Origin: Candidatus Atabeyarchaeum deiterrae
Lineage (GTDB): Archaea; Asgardarchaeota; Atabeyarchaeia; Atabeyarchaeales; Atabeyarchaeaceae
Direction: 5' to 3'
Assembly (NCBI GenBank): GCA_037310415.1
Contig: CP147780.1
Location: forward strand, 1,216,001 to 1,280,000
Length of the DNA stretch: 64,000 nt
Below are positions 1 to 8,807 of the stretch, one piece after another; position 1 is the stretch's first letter; each line of letters starts with the position of its first letter. Both the position numbers and the translations under genes were made by a program. The notes under the pieces were generated by a model. The model made no database searches and was not told where the DNA came from. It saw only the letters and a list, made by a program, of their open reading frames with translations.

Positions 1-110
1 GCATGAAAATAGTTCAGATTATCTTTCACCGGCTTGGAGAACCAGCTGGAACTGGCTACGATGAGAGAAAATCATCGAAATTCGTGGGGCTGGATCAGCC
101 AAGCATCTAA
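1..110 (+). CDS. dcd: dCTP deaminase, 3' end only (runs off window)
   Basis: Manual translation from nt 3 gives MKIVQIIFHRLGEPAGTGYDERKSSKFVGLDQPSI*, resembling the dCTP deaminase C-terminus (GM+IxQ++F..L..P...Y..RKxSKY.GQ..P). Confidence 0.7.
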   Translation, partial: MKIVQIIFHRLGEPAGTGYDERKSSKFVGLDQPSI

Positions 111-182
111 GTAACCCTGAATGCCTTCCGACTAGTTTCTGTGCGGGTGCTCAAGTAATCATCGATCTTGAAAACACTGCCT

Positions 183-354
183 TCATTGGTGAGTCGCGAG
201 ATTGATCTGCAGATCACTTAAAACACTACCTAGTTGGCGTCTCTCCTCATCATTCAGTCTTTCCTCAACCTGCTTCAGCATAAACCAGAAGCAATCTATT
301 TCTACCCTAGCTTTGATCCGTATTCTTCTCAATTCTGTTCTGACAGAGGCCTAG
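183..354 (-). pseudogene. Degenerate duplicate of the 3' end of the DUF1844 gene
   Basis: Manual minus-strand translation NRIEKNTDQ/(+1 nt)/ARVEIDCFWFMLKQVEERLNDEERRQLGSVLSDLQINLATHQ* aligns without gaps to the C-terminus of 1636..1995 (30/51 identical by hand count). It has a frameshift and no 5' part. Confidence 0.9.
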
Positions 355-1800
355 CGTGAGCTTTTTAGAGCATAATAGGATAACTATGAAATTGAGGCGA
401 TGAATCAGCGTGGTCGGCCGTCCCCGCGAACTAAGGATCGAAGCACTTTCGCCTGCGGAAAGAGCTTACCTGCTTGGCTTATACCTCGCCGATGGACGCG
501 CTGATGTTACTAACCTTCGGAATGATTATAGAGGATATCGCGTCAGGCTCTTCCTACAGTGGAATGAGGAAAAGATAGGAGAGAAGGTAGTGGAGATGCT
601 GAGGAGGACTGGCTTGAACGCGCACTTCGATAGACCCGAACAACGTGTAGACAGGATGGTAACCGTTCTTGCTTACTCCAAGGTCCTATTTGACTTCTTG
701 CCAAATGCGAAAGCTCTCTTGGACGACGTGGCGGTGAGGAACACGTTCTTTGAAATGAATCGCTTGTTTGAGGTTGAAAATGCAATTCCATTCTTGAGTG
801 GTCTTCTTGATGGCGACGGTTTTTGTGGTGCTAGTGTCAGGAGAGAGTATGGTCTTAGGAGCGTACGCAAGGAATGGTACTTCACCCAAACTAGGTATCC
901 ATTTCTGGTCGACTATGTCAAGTGTTTTGTCGTGTCTCTTGCCGCGAATAGTGTGGGAGTGGCAGAAGTATCTAATGGCGGGAAACGAGTTCGATTCCGT
1001 AGGTCTGGTATGCAAGCACTGCTCGATGCTGGTATAGCTAAATACTCGTGGAAGATCCAGAAAATGTTGGAGGTAATTGCTGCAATTCAGCGGGATGCCG
1101 AGAGATTCTACACTGTAGGTGAAGTTGCCAAGATGCTCGGAGTAAGTCCGGGACTTGTCTTGCGCTGGGTGAAGACTAACAGGTTGGGTCATCTGAAGAG
1201 ATCAAAGATAGCACTAGGAAAAACAAAGCCAGACAAAACTCACCTCTGGCACTACATTCCTGCTAATGAGGTGGAGAGGTTAAGAGAAGGTGTTACGAAG
1301 AATAGAGAGGAGATAGAGAGAATCAAGAAGGATGGAATGAAGCTGTTGGATGCCGCCAGGGCGCTTAGAATCTCCCCGAATACGATGCGCGGATGGTATC
1401 GGCGTGGAGAGCTTCGAGCCACACTGATTCACGAACCGACATGGAAGGGTAGAGGATATTTGGTGATATCTAAAAACGAGGTTCAGAAGCTCAAAAAGAG
1501 GGTCGGTTGGACAGATGACTGAACATGTGTGGAGGAGATACCTTTTTCTCAGGAGCCTCCCTTCATGGACCCAGCCCTGACGAATTCTGCATATGCCTGC
1601 GCTCGCTTTTGACCTCAAGTTTGACAGCAAAAGAGTCATGATTGATGTGTCACAAAATTGATTTTCAAGTCGCTCAGTAGGCTGTTCAGCTGGCGCTTTT
1701 CTTCTTCCGCCAGTTTTCCTTCGATCTGTTTGAATATGAATTCGAAAATATCAATCGCTACTCTAGCTTGATTCATGTCTTTCTCTATCTTGCTCGTGCG
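355..1800. mobile_element. Putative intron-less homing element: endonuclease plus replacement 3' end of DUF1844 gene (boundaries approximate)
   Basis: Endonuclease flanked by two diverged copies of the same gene tail in the same orientation. Confidence 0.55.
410..1522 (+). CDS. Free-standing double-motif LAGLIDADG endonuclease with two C-terminal excisionase/MerR-like HTH domains
   Basis: Motifs YLLGLYLADG and FLSGLLDGDG; HTH-like segments FYTVGEVAKMLGVSPGLVLRWVK and MKLLDAARALRISPNTMRGWYRRG. Confidence 0.85.
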   Translation: MVGRPRELRIEALSPAERAYLLGLYLADGRADVTNLRNDYRGYRVRLFLQWNEEKIGEKVVEMLRRTGLNAHFDRPEQRVDRMVTVLAYSKVLFDFLPNAKALLDDVAVRNTFFEMNRLFEVENAIPFLSGLLDGDGFCGASVRREYGLRSVRKEWYFTQTRYPFLVDYVKCFVVSLAANSVGVAEVSNGGKRVRFRRSGMQALLDAGIAKYSWKIQKMLEVIAAIQRDAERFYTVGEVAKMLGVSPGLVLRWVKTNRLGHLKRSKIALGKTKPDKTHLWHYIPANEVERLREGVTKNREEIERIKKDGMKLLDAARALRISPNTMRGWYRRGELRATLIHEPTWKGRGYLVISKNEVQKLKKRVGWTDD

Positions 1801-1995
1801 CGGATTGACGACCAAACCCAAGTTCCTCCATGCCGTTCCCGCGAGTACGCCCATGAAGAGCTTCAGTGTAGTATATGTATCGAGAGACGATATGTCAACG
1901 GCTTGCGGGCTTCCTTTCTCTTCCCCTTCGACTTCCTTTTCCTTTTTTTCCTCACTAGTATCTTTTGGTTGGCTCAAGCTTGCATGCTCCTCCAT
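1636..1995 (-). CDS. DUF1844 family protein
   Basis: AWRNLGLVVNP..KIEKD..QARVAID...L++LLSDLKINFV pattern; start set at the ATG of MEEHAS (track ORF extends to 2046). Confidence 0.75.
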   Translation of the reverse strand: MEEHASLSQPKDTSEEKKEKEVEGEEKGSPQAVDISSLDTYTTLKLFMGVLAGTAWRNLGLVVNPRTSKIEKDMNQARVAIDIFEFIFKQIEGKLAEEEKRQLNSLLSDLKINFVTHQS

Positions 1996-2056
1996 CCGAT
2001 GTCTTATCCTGTTATTCTTACTAATGGATCTGTGCGGGCTATTCACGATGCTCTGA

Positions 2057-2554
2057 TCAATACTTTTCGTAGTGCATTAACTGTTTTAGTGGTTTTCGAG
2101 GAATAGGTGGAAACTTTCCTTCAGGATATCCAAGCGGTAGAACCGTTAACAGATACCTGTCTTTTGGAATGCTCAGCAGCTCTTTGACCTTGTCTCTGTT
2201 CATGCTCCCAACCCAACATGTTCCGAGTCCGAGAGCATGAGCTGCCAACATAAAGTTCTGTGTGAGTATGCCTCCATCTGTCATGTACCAGTTCTCACTC
2301 ACCGCAGGATCGACGACTATCGCGATGGCCATCGGAACACTGGCCAAAAACTGTCCGTAAGCGCACTCCTTGGAGATCGTCCTCAACATATCTTTATTCT
2401 TAATTATGATGAAATCCCAGGGTTGACCATTGTGGGCTGAAGGGGAAGCCACACATGCTTCAAGCACTTTATGAAGCTTCTCTTCTTCTACTGGCTGATC
2501 TTTCTTGAATCTTCTTACACTTCTCCTGCCGTTTATTGCCTCAAATACATCCAT
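2057..2554 (-). CDS. Nitroreductase family protein
   Basis: RRSVRRF, SPSAHNGQPW and GLGTCW motifs; AAGGAGG RBS. Confidence 0.92.
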   Translation of the reverse strand: MDVFEAINGRRSVRRFKKDQPVEEEKLHKVLEACVASPSAHNGQPWDFIIIKNKDMLRTISKECAYGQFLASVPMAIAIVVDPAVSENWYMTDGGILTQNFMLAAHALGLGTCWVGSMNRDKVKELLSIPKDRYLLTVLPLGYPEGKFPPIPRKPLKQLMHYEKY

Positions 2555-2709
2555 TTAGTTAGTCCCTCCTTTATTGACAAGACAAAAGAAATATGTTCTC
2601 TTAAGGATATATATCAAAAGATCGGTCGAGCTGAAGACACAACCAGCTGTCATGTTGATCAACGTACGTAATTACTCACAAATCAAGGGATTAAGGGGAT
2701 GTTCGAGAA

Positions 2710-3693
2710 TTGCCATCTACTGGGAGTTCAGAGAGAACGAGGCTCGGATATGCTTACACCTTAGTGGCTGGCATATCTTTCAGTTTCACTGCATTGTTTT
2801 CGACTTTCCTGAAAAACCTGGGTGTCCCGTCAATCGAGCAAGGATTCTTCAGAATCTCCTTCACAGCAGTATTCTTCGGAATAGTCTTGTTGCTCAGATC
2901 CTCGCTACGTCACATAGATAGAACTGATGTCAAATTCTTCGTTATCAATGGGCTCTTCGGAATATGTCTTTCCATAACCGCTTACTTGTCTTCGATAGCA
3001 CTGGGCACACCCCTTGCAGTTGCAATCACTCTATCCTATCTCCAACCGATGTTCTCGGTTATACTTGCGAGAGTGTTTCTGAGTGAAACAATCACCAGAA
3101 TGAGAGTTGTCGCTGTTGTCACTTCCATTATCGGAGCATCCATAGTCAGCGGTATTTGGGAAGTCTTCAGCGCTGCGATGCAGATCAACATAGTTGGAGT
3201 GCTCTTGGCAACGTTGAATGGGTTCTTCTATTCGGTATACGTCATAGTCGGTAGACTCTCAGGCTCAAGCAAGAGCTACCATTTCGAGACAACAATGTTC
3301 TATTCATTCTTCTTCGGTCTGTTGTGGATGGCCCCAATCTGGCTGTTAATTAGCGAGTTCATCAAAGAACCAATAGTGACAGGTTTTGTAGTGGCTTTCT
3401 TACCTGAAGCTTGGACTTATCTAGTGCTAATCGCAGTTGTTGCGACAATCATTCCATACGGTCTTCTTGCCCTTGGACTAAGAAACCTCAAAGCTTCCAA
3501 AGCTGGTATTCTCCTTCTGATCGAACCTGTGTGCGTCATGATCATGCAAGTATTCGTACTCGGTCAGCCTCTCGCGCCATTGGCACTCGTTGGGGCAGCA
3601 CTGGTGCTGAGTGCCACGATACTTGTAAGCTTCGAAGGAAGATCTAGCAAGTTCAGCGCCAAGAGAGCCAAAGGTAGAGAATGCAAGAGTTGA
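2710..3693 (+). CDS. DMT/EamA family transporter
   Basis: About 10 hydrophobic helices in two EamA repeats (LQPMF..ILARVFLSE; LIEPV). Confidence 0.85.
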   Translation: MPSTGSSERTRLGYAYTLVAGISFSFTALFSTFLKNLGVPSIEQGFFRISFTAVFFGIVLLLRSSLRHIDRTDVKFFVINGLFGICLSITAYLSSIALGTPLAVAITLSYLQPMFSVILARVFLSETITRMRVVAVVTSIIGASIVSGIWEVFSAAMQINIVGVLLATLNGFFYSVYVIVGRLSGSSKSYHFETTMFYSFFFGLLWMAPIWLLISEFIKEPIVTGFVVAFLPEAWTYLVLIAVVATIIPYGLLALGLRNLKASKAGILLLIEPVCVMIMQVFVLGQPLAPLALVGAALVLSATILVSFEGRSSKFSAKRAKGRECKS

Positions 3694-3708
3694 AAGCAGT
3701 TGGAATAG

Positions 3709-4344
3709 GTGTGGTTTATGGACTCTTTGTTTTTCAGACAATTGAAGTCACTTGGGCTCGACAACTTCTCCTACATAGTTGGTGACGGGGAGAGCAAATT
3801 GGCTGCCGTAGTGGATCCACCCGCGAACCCCAATGAAGTGCTTGACATAGTAGCCGAGTATGACCTGAAGGTGCTCTACATCATAAACACCCACGGACAC
3901 TTTGATCATACAGCAGGCAACGAGAAACTGAAGAAGGCAACGGGAGCAAAGATCGTTTCGCATGAGAGCAGCACAGTGAAGAAAGACATGTCTGTTAAAG
4001 ATGGAAACATCATCAAGCTTGATGGAGTGAGAATAGAAGTCATGCATACTCCTGGGCACACGCCTGACGGCATCTCATTACTAGTTCAAGACAGACTAGT
4101 CTTAACTGGAGACACGCTGTTCGTTGGCGAATGCGGAAGAACAGATTTGCCAGGCAGCGACCCTAGAAAGATGTATGAAAGCCTCTTCGGGAGACTGATG
4201 AAACTGAACGACAGTATTGAAGTCTACCCTGGTCACGATTACGGAGTTCTACCATACTCGACAATAGGATACGAGCGAGAGCACAACTATACTCTTAAAT
4301 TGAGAACCAAAGAAGAATTTGTTAGGTTCATGGCCCAACCCTGA
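3709..4344 (+). CDS. MBL-fold hydrolase, glyoxalase II-like
   Basis: THGHFDH, HTPGHT, TGDTLF, GRTDLPG and YPGHDY motifs. Confidence 0.9.
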   Translation: MWFMDSLFFRQLKSLGLDNFSYIVGDGESKLAAVVDPPANPNEVLDIVAEYDLKVLYIINTHGHFDHTAGNEKLKKATGAKIVSHESSTVKKDMSVKDGNIIKLDGVRIEVMHTPGHTPDGISLLVQDRLVLTGDTLFVGECGRTDLPGSDPRKMYESLFGRLMKLNDSIEVYPGHDYGVLPYSTIGYEREHNYTLKLRTKEEFVRFMAQP

Positions 4345-4479
4345 CCATGCAACGGAGAACCCTCCATAAGAGGATCTCCCCACTTCACATCATCTTAATA
4401 TCTCTTACATTGTAGTTTGGAGGAGTCATGAATCGTAGTAGATTACAACCCTGCAGAGTATGTAACGGCGAGGTGCTGA

Positions 4480-5928
4480 TTGATGAGGAATGCATCGAGT
4501 TTCCAAGCTTCCAAAGACAAGATTGACAAAATTCGCTGTGTTTTCGACCCCAAGTCAATAGCAGTGGTAGGAGCTTCCAGCACACCGATAACTTGGGGTA
4601 ACTGGATCGCTAAGAATGTTGCCGAGGGTGTCAACAGACGAAAGGTTTTTTTCATCAATCCAAAATTGAAGATGATTCTCGGACTGCAATCCTATCCGAG
4701 CATCAAGGAAGTTGGCGATGAAGTTGAACTTGCTGTAGTAATAGTTTCTTCTGACAAAGTCCTTCCTGTGGTGGATGAATGCGTGTCAAAGGGCGTCAAA
4801 GTCATTCAGATAATTAGCGGAGGATTTAGAGAGGCCACGGAATGGGGAAAGAGAGCTCAGGAAACGCTGACGGCGATCTCCCATGAAACTGGTGTGAGAA
4901 TTCAAGGGCCTAACTGCAATGGTGCACTCAATGTCTCTGCTAACCTGAACACTTCCTCGGCGCCGAATCACTTTTTGAAGGATAGCCCAATAGGATTTGC
5001 AACTCAATCAGGGTACATTGGCAACACTTTCCTTTATAATGGGCCCGCCACAGGAATATCCTTCGGCAAATATGCTAGCGTAGGAAATGAGGCTGACCTC
5101 ACCATTACAGACTTCATAGAGTACTTCGGAGAAGACCCTTCTGTCAAGGTCATAATGTCATACATCGAGGGCGTGAGGAGTGGGAAGCGTTTCAGAGAAG
5201 TGGTTGAGAAGGTCTCAAAGCGGAAACCGATTGTCGTGTTCAAAGTTGGGGAATCAGAGTCAGGATCGAGAGCTGCATTATCCCACACCGCTTCTATTGC
5301 AGGGTCCTGCCCTGTTTTCAAAGGATTATTCAAGCAGCTTGGGGTAATTCAAATCTCGGAACTCGATATGTTACCACGGATAGCAAATGCACTTGCCAAG
5401 TTTCCGCTCATGAGAGGCAAGAAAGTCACCGTCATAACGATCGGAGCCGGTTGGGCTGTTGCCCTAAGTGACGCATTGCCTAGGGGAGGGCTCCAGGTTC
5501 CAGAGTTTTCATCTGAACTTCAATCAAAGATAAGGAAGTTCATTCCGTCAGAGAGAGCTTCGGTCAGAAACCCGATAGACTTTGGTGCTGGTGGCGTGTA
5601 TGATCCAGTTCTTCTCAGCAGACTGATTGAGCTACTATTCTCAGAAAACGAAGTGGACGCCATCGTCATCTCAGGGATCGGCGAAATGGCTCCCATAGAA
5701 CCTTCGTCCGTCGAATGGGAGGTCGCACTAGGATCAAAAGCATACGAGAACAGCCTAAAGTACAGCAAGCCTATCGTATTCTTCACACCGCTTACGAAAA
5801 TGAGCAGTATCTCAGTTGAAAAACTCATAGACCAAGGTGTCCCAATCTCTCACAGTATCTCTGAGGTAGTAACTACTCTCAGTAGCCTTCGCCAGCGTTG
5901 GAACTCCCCAAAACGTGAGACTAGATAA
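4480..5928 (+). CDS. ADP-forming acyl-CoA synthetase alpha subunit (CoA-binding; no ATP-grasp domain)
   Basis: PKSIAVVGAS, GPNCNG, TQSG, SVGNEAD, SHTASIAG (phospho-His) and NPIDF motifs. Confidence 0.85.
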   Translation: MMRNASSFQASKDKIDKIRCVFDPKSIAVVGASSTPITWGNWIAKNVAEGVNRRKVFFINPKLKMILGLQSYPSIKEVGDEVELAVVIVSSDKVLPVVDECVSKGVKVIQIISGGFREATEWGKRAQETLTAISHETGVRIQGPNCNGALNVSANLNTSSAPNHFLKDSPIGFATQSGYIGNTFLYNGPATGISFGKYASVGNEADLTITDFIEYFGEDPSVKVIMSYIEGVRSGKRFREVVEKVSKRKPIVVFKVGESESGSRAALSHTASIAGSCPVFKGLFKQLGVIQISELDMLPRIANALAKFPLMRGKKVTVITIGAGWAVALSDALPRGGLQVPEFSSELQSKIRKFIPSERASVRNPIDFGAGGVYDPVLLSRLIELLFSENEVDAIVISGIGEMAPIEPSSVEWEVALGSKAYENSLKYSKPIVFFTPLTKMSSISVEKLIDQGVPISHSISEVVTTLSSLRQRWNSPKRETR

Positions 5929-6076
5929 GCCTAAAAAGGATAACATGTCACAAAATGAAGAAAGAATAGCGAGAAAGCAACTTTCAAACAGACATCTTGT
6001 GTCCTCGATGATAAGGATTACACGTCTAGAATTTGGGCCTTCAAGTAATAGCAGATGACTCCGGAAGAGAAGATCG

Positions 6077-7579
6077 ATGAATAGAACATCTCTAAGAGAT
6101 AGATACTCTGTAATCCTAGTTTTGATGTTTGTGTGGGCTGTGATCTACAGAGTAATCATCATGTACCCGTTCTACGCTAACGGGTACCCCGCTGGCTTTG
6201 ACTCCTACCTTCATGCGGGCATGATCTACAACATCGCTAACAATGGTTTTCAAATCCCGACAGCGATTATCTATCCACCGTTCTTCTACCTTACCCTGGG
6301 GGATCTCTACGTTGTCACAGGTGTCCATCCGCTTTGGCTAATTGCGCCATACGGCATAATAGTCGATTCTCTCGCAGTTTTTCCGATGTACTACATCGCA
6401 AAGAAGATAGCAGACAATAATAGGGATGTGGGGTTACTGGCTGCTTTTTTCCAATCGTTGAATCCGATTACCCTAGATCTGCTTTGCTCTGGCACCATTC
6501 CAAACATAATCGGGTTTCTGTGGCTTCTCCTACTGATTTCTGTTCTTGTAAGCGACCTACGGAATAAGCCAGTGGGAATAATCATGATGGGCATACTTAC
6601 TAATCTGCTCTTCCTGACGCATATATTGGTAGCCGGTTTCTATGGCTTCCTGTTCATCATGATCTTCTTTTGGGAGGTAGCACTCAGAAAAGGCAATCTG
6701 TACTTCAAACCAATGCTTTTCTCCATACTGATCGCAATTCCTATGACAGTCCTATACTATTTACCGAGGGTAGTCTTCGTCTCTTTGGGAGGCACGGGTA
6801 CTGCCGAGGACATTCTCGCATGGACGTTTCCGATCCTGTTCCTCACTCCAATCCTTTGCTCACCCTGGATCTTCCTTATCAAACGAGAGTGGAGCAAAAG
6901 GTACGTGTCAAGAACACCTCACATAAACCTTCTGAAACTTTGGTATGCCGCGCCCCTCGTCATTACCTTCGTGTTCTTGTGGCAGATAGCAATCTACCCG
7001 CGAATGTGGTATTTCTTCACCTTTCCAGACATAGTCATTCTGGCAGCAATCCTAACCAGAAAGTTTGTCATGATGAGGAAGGTACGTGGACCAAGATCTA
7101 CAAAGAAGATTGTGGCAGCTTTCATAGCCGCAACTGTCATCTGCACTTTCATTGGTGGCACGGTAAATTTCAATGGATTTTTCAATGCTACACCAGAGAG
7201 ACTTGCACTAATACAATGGACAAGGACCAATACTCCTCCGAATGCAGTGTTTTGCACAGAGGAGGAACACATTCCTACCCACTTGGGCTGGTACATTACT
7301 GCCCTAACTGGGAAGTCGGCCCATGAAAGTCTCTCGGCTTTCTCGGCAGTACTCGAAGTCGGCTCGGCATCAGTATTCGATCTTAGGAACTCAAGGAACA
7401 TAACGACACTAACTGCGAGATCGCAGGACTGGAATAGCTCTGTCAGAGCACTTCAGGTTACCTATGTCATCCTTCTTGTGAGCGTATCTCATCCTAACTA
7501 TGCACCAATTGCTAGCGAGATGGTGTACAGTGATGGGGTTTACTTCATTTACAACGTTACCGCATATACTTACGGTTGA
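6077..7579 (+). CDS. Polytopic membrane protein, GT-C glycosyltransferase-like
   Basis: Many TM helices; GFDSYLH and YPPFF in first loop; soluble C-terminal domain. Confidence 0.55.
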   Translation: MNRTSLRDRYSVILVLMFVWAVIYRVIIMYPFYANGYPAGFDSYLHAGMIYNIANNGFQIPTAIIYPPFFYLTLGDLYVVTGVHPLWLIAPYGIIVDSLAVFPMYYIAKKIADNNRDVGLLAAFFQSLNPITLDLLCSGTIPNIIGFLWLLLLISVLVSDLRNKPVGIIMMGILTNLLFLTHILVAGFYGFLFIMIFFWEVALRKGNLYFKPMLFSILIAIPMTVLYYLPRVVFVSLGGTGTAEDILAWTFPILFLTPILCSPWIFLIKREWSKRYVSRTPHINLLKLWYAAPLVITFVFLWQIAIYPRMWYFFTFPDIVILAAILTRKFVMMRKVRGPRSTKKIVAAFIAATVICTFIGGTVNFNGFFNATPERLALIQWTRTNTPPNAVFCTEEEHIPTHLGWYITALTGKSAHESLSAFSAVLEVGSASVFDLRNSRNITTLTARSQDWNSSVRALQVTYVILLVSVSHPNYAPIASEMVYSDGVYFIYNVTAYTYG

Positions 7580-7747
7580 TAACAACAATTGGATAATAGT
7601 CAGACTATTGACTACTGTCTAAACCACCTTGGATGAACTTCGTCAAGTCTGATGTACCAAGGCAATGGAACGGTTGACCAAAATGGTCGGAAAATTCGAC
7701 TTCTCCAGCTGCTCAGTCTGGACCCCGCAAGTGCAGAGCGCTTCTTG

Positions 7748-8455
7748 CTAGACTTTATGGATACCTTTTTTGAACAAGAAAATCGGAAAGGAGACTCTTA
7801 GAAATGGGATTATTCTGGCCACTCTAGGTACAACTTCTTTGGGGTAATGAAAAATCATTTCATGCGCAAGTCTGAATCCCGCTTTCTGGCATAGACTTTT
7901 GAGAAAATCCTTTTTTATCGTGAAATAGTCAATTTTCTTCCGATACAGTAAGCCAGCATACATTTCCTGCAAGGTTCGCGGAAGGTAATTGAAAAAAGGC
8001 AAAAGGCTATGTGCGTCTATAAGGGATTTTGCATTCGGAATTTGGATGATCAAAATCCCCTTATCGGATAATACACGGTAGATTTCTTGAAGTGAAACAA
8101 ACCTCTTCTCTGGCTTTATGTGTTCAAATACTGAGATCAATGTTATCATATCGTAGCTTTTGTCAGCAAAGGGCAATCTATCCGCATAAGCTGGGACTAT
8201 TCTAATGCCACCACTATTCTTGGGAGGAGATGGATCGACCCCCACAAATTTGATTCCTGTCCTTTCACTAAATCGTTTTGTAAATTCCCCAGTTCCACAG
8301 CCTACATCTAACCCCCTCCGAAATTCTGTCCCAAAAAGTGAAGAAGCATTCTTTATGTATCTATGAATGATATCTGCCAGGAATCTCTGGCGCTCTTCAT
8401 AACATGCTTTTTGATCTTTTGAAATCGCCCAAAACAGTTTCTGAAAATCAGCCAT
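7748..8455 (-). CDS. Class I SAM-dependent methyltransferase
   Basis: LDVGCGTG, LPF.DKSYD, SVFEHI and EIYRVL..G motifs. Confidence 0.85.
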   Translation of the reverse strand: MADFQKLFWAISKDQKACYEERQRFLADIIHRYIKNASSLFGTEFRRGLDVGCGTGEFTKRFSERTGIKFVGVDPSPPKNSGGIRIVPAYADRLPFADKSYDMITLISVFEHIKPEKRFVSLQEIYRVLSDKGILIIQIPNAKSLIDAHSLLPFFNYLPRTLQEMYAGLLYRKKIDYFTIKKDFLKSLCQKAGFRLAHEMIFHYPKEVVPRVARIIPFLRVSFPIFLFKKGIHKV

Positions 8456-8807
8456 TTTGCTTACTCACCTATGACATTCCCTGTCTATATGAGAACTTCC
8501 CCGAAGGCAGGGTCGGGACGAACTGCGTCGCTCGCTATGTTAGAGCACTTCGGTTCCTTTACGGTCATGGTTTTCTCTCATACATAAGAAGTGGCTGTAC
8601 ATAAGGGTTCGCACTTAGTTAGTGACGGGCCAGATGTATTTGGCTGGTGAGTGCAGCTCCAAAAAACCTTAAACGAGTTCCTATTGCATGTGTAGCTTAC
8701 TTTCTATTGAGAACAACAATGAATAAGAATAAGACCCTCTAGCTTCTTTTGTTGAAGTCGCTCGATCGCGCTTCAATCAAAATCCATACATAGGTACAAC
8801 GGAGCGG

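Noticed and set aside
410-1522. Intein or archaeal intron host for the LAGLIDADG ORF
   Set aside because: The ORF has its own start and stop, no splice-junction residues, and lies antisense to the duplicated gene.
7627-7662. C/D-box or SECIS-like hairpin (CCTTGG-ATGA...CTGA...CCAAGG)
   Set aside because: Too short for a guide sRNA or SECIS helix II, imperfect C box, and no selenoprotein candidate nearby.
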